A DNA stretch of 64,000 bases from a virus, in the IMG/VR virus record IMGVR_UViG_3300047491_001507; one strand, given 5' to 3'. Shown piece by piece: positions 63,357 to 64,000 of the stretch. Position numbers and translations under genes: made by a program. Within the stretch, counting starts at the first letter, position 1. Each line of letters starts with the position of its first letter. Below the pieces are notes generated by a model. It worked only from the letters and a program-made list of their open reading frames with translations, searched no databases and was not told where the DNA came from.

Positions 63357-63926
63357 TCAAAATCCCTCCTGATTAGCAAACATCACAGCCCAATGCCAAC
63401 CATTTTCAGTAGGCTCATATCGAGCAACAGGCGATCCCTCTTCCCCAAAATGAGGCTTAATTCTGGTATATGGCTCCTGAGGTGCAACATCATTACTAAA
63501 AACCATAATCTTGCTGCCTCTCGGACAATTTGGAAACAAAACCCAAAAGGCTGTAAAATAATGCCCTTTATATACCTTCAAAACCTCAAATACCTCTTCG
63601 TTATGCTCAATCATCTGTTCGTGACCCATAACAAGCTTTCCTTTAATTTTTAAAAAATTCATGTACATACGATAATAGAAAAAATTGCCCCGCATAATTG
63701 CTGGCTCTCCAAATGGAAATCGTGCCTTAAGCACATTAATGGCATACCAGCAAGAATATTGGTCATTCTGTGCAATTACCTTTTCGCCTTCATACCAACG
63801 ACCTTTAATTATATCCTTGGCATAATAATACGAAAGCCTTGCATCTTGAGCAATTTTCTCCTCTCCATCTAACCAACGACCTTTAACTACGTCTTTTGCA
63901 TGGAAATAAGCCTCTTCTGGAGTCAT
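63357..63926 (-). CDS. 33-aa repeat family protein (2-3 repeats) fused to an unrelated C-terminal domain
   Basis: MTPEEAYFHAKDVVKGRWLDGEEKIAQDARLSYYYAKDIIKGRWYEGEKVIAQ. Confidence 0.55.
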   Translation of the reverse strand: MTPEEAYFHAKDVVKGRWLDGEEKIAQDARLSYYYAKDIIKGRWYEGEKVIAQNDQYSCWYAINVLKARFPFGEPAIMRGNFFYYRMYMNFLKIKGKLVMGHEQMIEHNEEVFEVLKVYKGHYFTAFWVLFPNCPRGSKIMVFSNDVAPQEPYTRIKPHFGEEGSPVARYEPTENGWHWAVMFANQEGF

Positions 63927-63936
63927 AAATTCTCCT

Positions 63937-64000
63937 TCAATCCAAATAACGATCTATATCGTCTTCGCCTTGATTTCCATCCCCACAACCATCGCCATAT
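63937..64000 (-). CDS. C-terminal end of another Gly-rich family gene extending beyond the window
   Basis: The reverse strand reads ...YGDGCGDGNQGEDDIDRYLD*. Confidence 0.4.
   Translation of the reverse strand, partial: YGDGCGDGNQGEDDIDRYLD

Noticed and set aside
1-64000. Eukaryotic giant-virus (NCLDV) origin
   Set aside because: Consistent Shine-Dalgarno motifs 5-10 nt upstream of starts. ATGA/TAATG translational coupling. Intrinsic terminators. Bacterial-type Tat signal peptides. These indicate a bacterial virus or mobile element.

Overview
This AT-rich (about 36-38% GC), very gene-dense window has the architecture of a large (jumbo) bacteriophage or phage-like element. About 160 mostly small genes are arranged as one long + strand block (1-39.7 kb) and one long - strand block (39.7-64 kb) that converge at about 39.7 kb. 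Genes are short and tightly packed, many joined by ATGA or TAATG overlaps. Shine-Dalgarno motifs (GGAGG or AAGGAG) precede the ATG of many of them, so translation is prokaryotic and uses the standard genetic code. I could not identify any capsid, tail or terminase gene in this window, which reads as an accessory/auxiliary region.

Genes with a recognisable family, all assigned from motifs remembered from those families:
- two tandem tRNAs, Arg-UCU and Lys-UUU
- an HD-domain (SpoT-like) hydrolase
- a Cys-phosphatase (HCx5R) of the dual-specificity type
- a Thg1-like 3'-5' nucleotidyltransferase
- CoaB, and a CoaC fused to an M23 peptidase domain
- a Nudix hydrolase
- a PspA/Vipp1-like protein on a GC-rich moron-like island followed by a strong terminator
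- a NodU/CmcH/TobZ-type carbamoyltransferase
- a second HD phosphohydrolase
- three radical-SAM enzymes, one RlmN/Cfr-like and one SplB-like
- a SLOG / MoCo-carrier-like protein

The window is dominated by lineage-specific multigene families:
- about 12 paralogs built from a roughly 33-aa repeat (YAxxYAxxVIKGRWPEGExAIA)
- about 20 small Gly/Asp/Cys/His-rich 'GxGxG' proteins, mostly in one tandem array at 55-62 kb
- five proteins with twin-arginine (Tat) signal peptides
- a small family with a conserved RKSASQH motif
- many C4 zinc-ribbon mini-proteins
- numerous locally duplicated gene pairs

Other oddities:
- a tRNA-like sequence read through in-frame by a 160-codon ORF
- a frameshifted gene copy
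- a GC-rich inverted-repeat element inside a degraded gene
- a 19-bp x3 direct repeat carrying a GTTGCAAC palindrome

All functional calls rest on motif recall from the translated ORFs and on the DNA itself. No database search was run. Further ORFs under 60 aa very likely exist.
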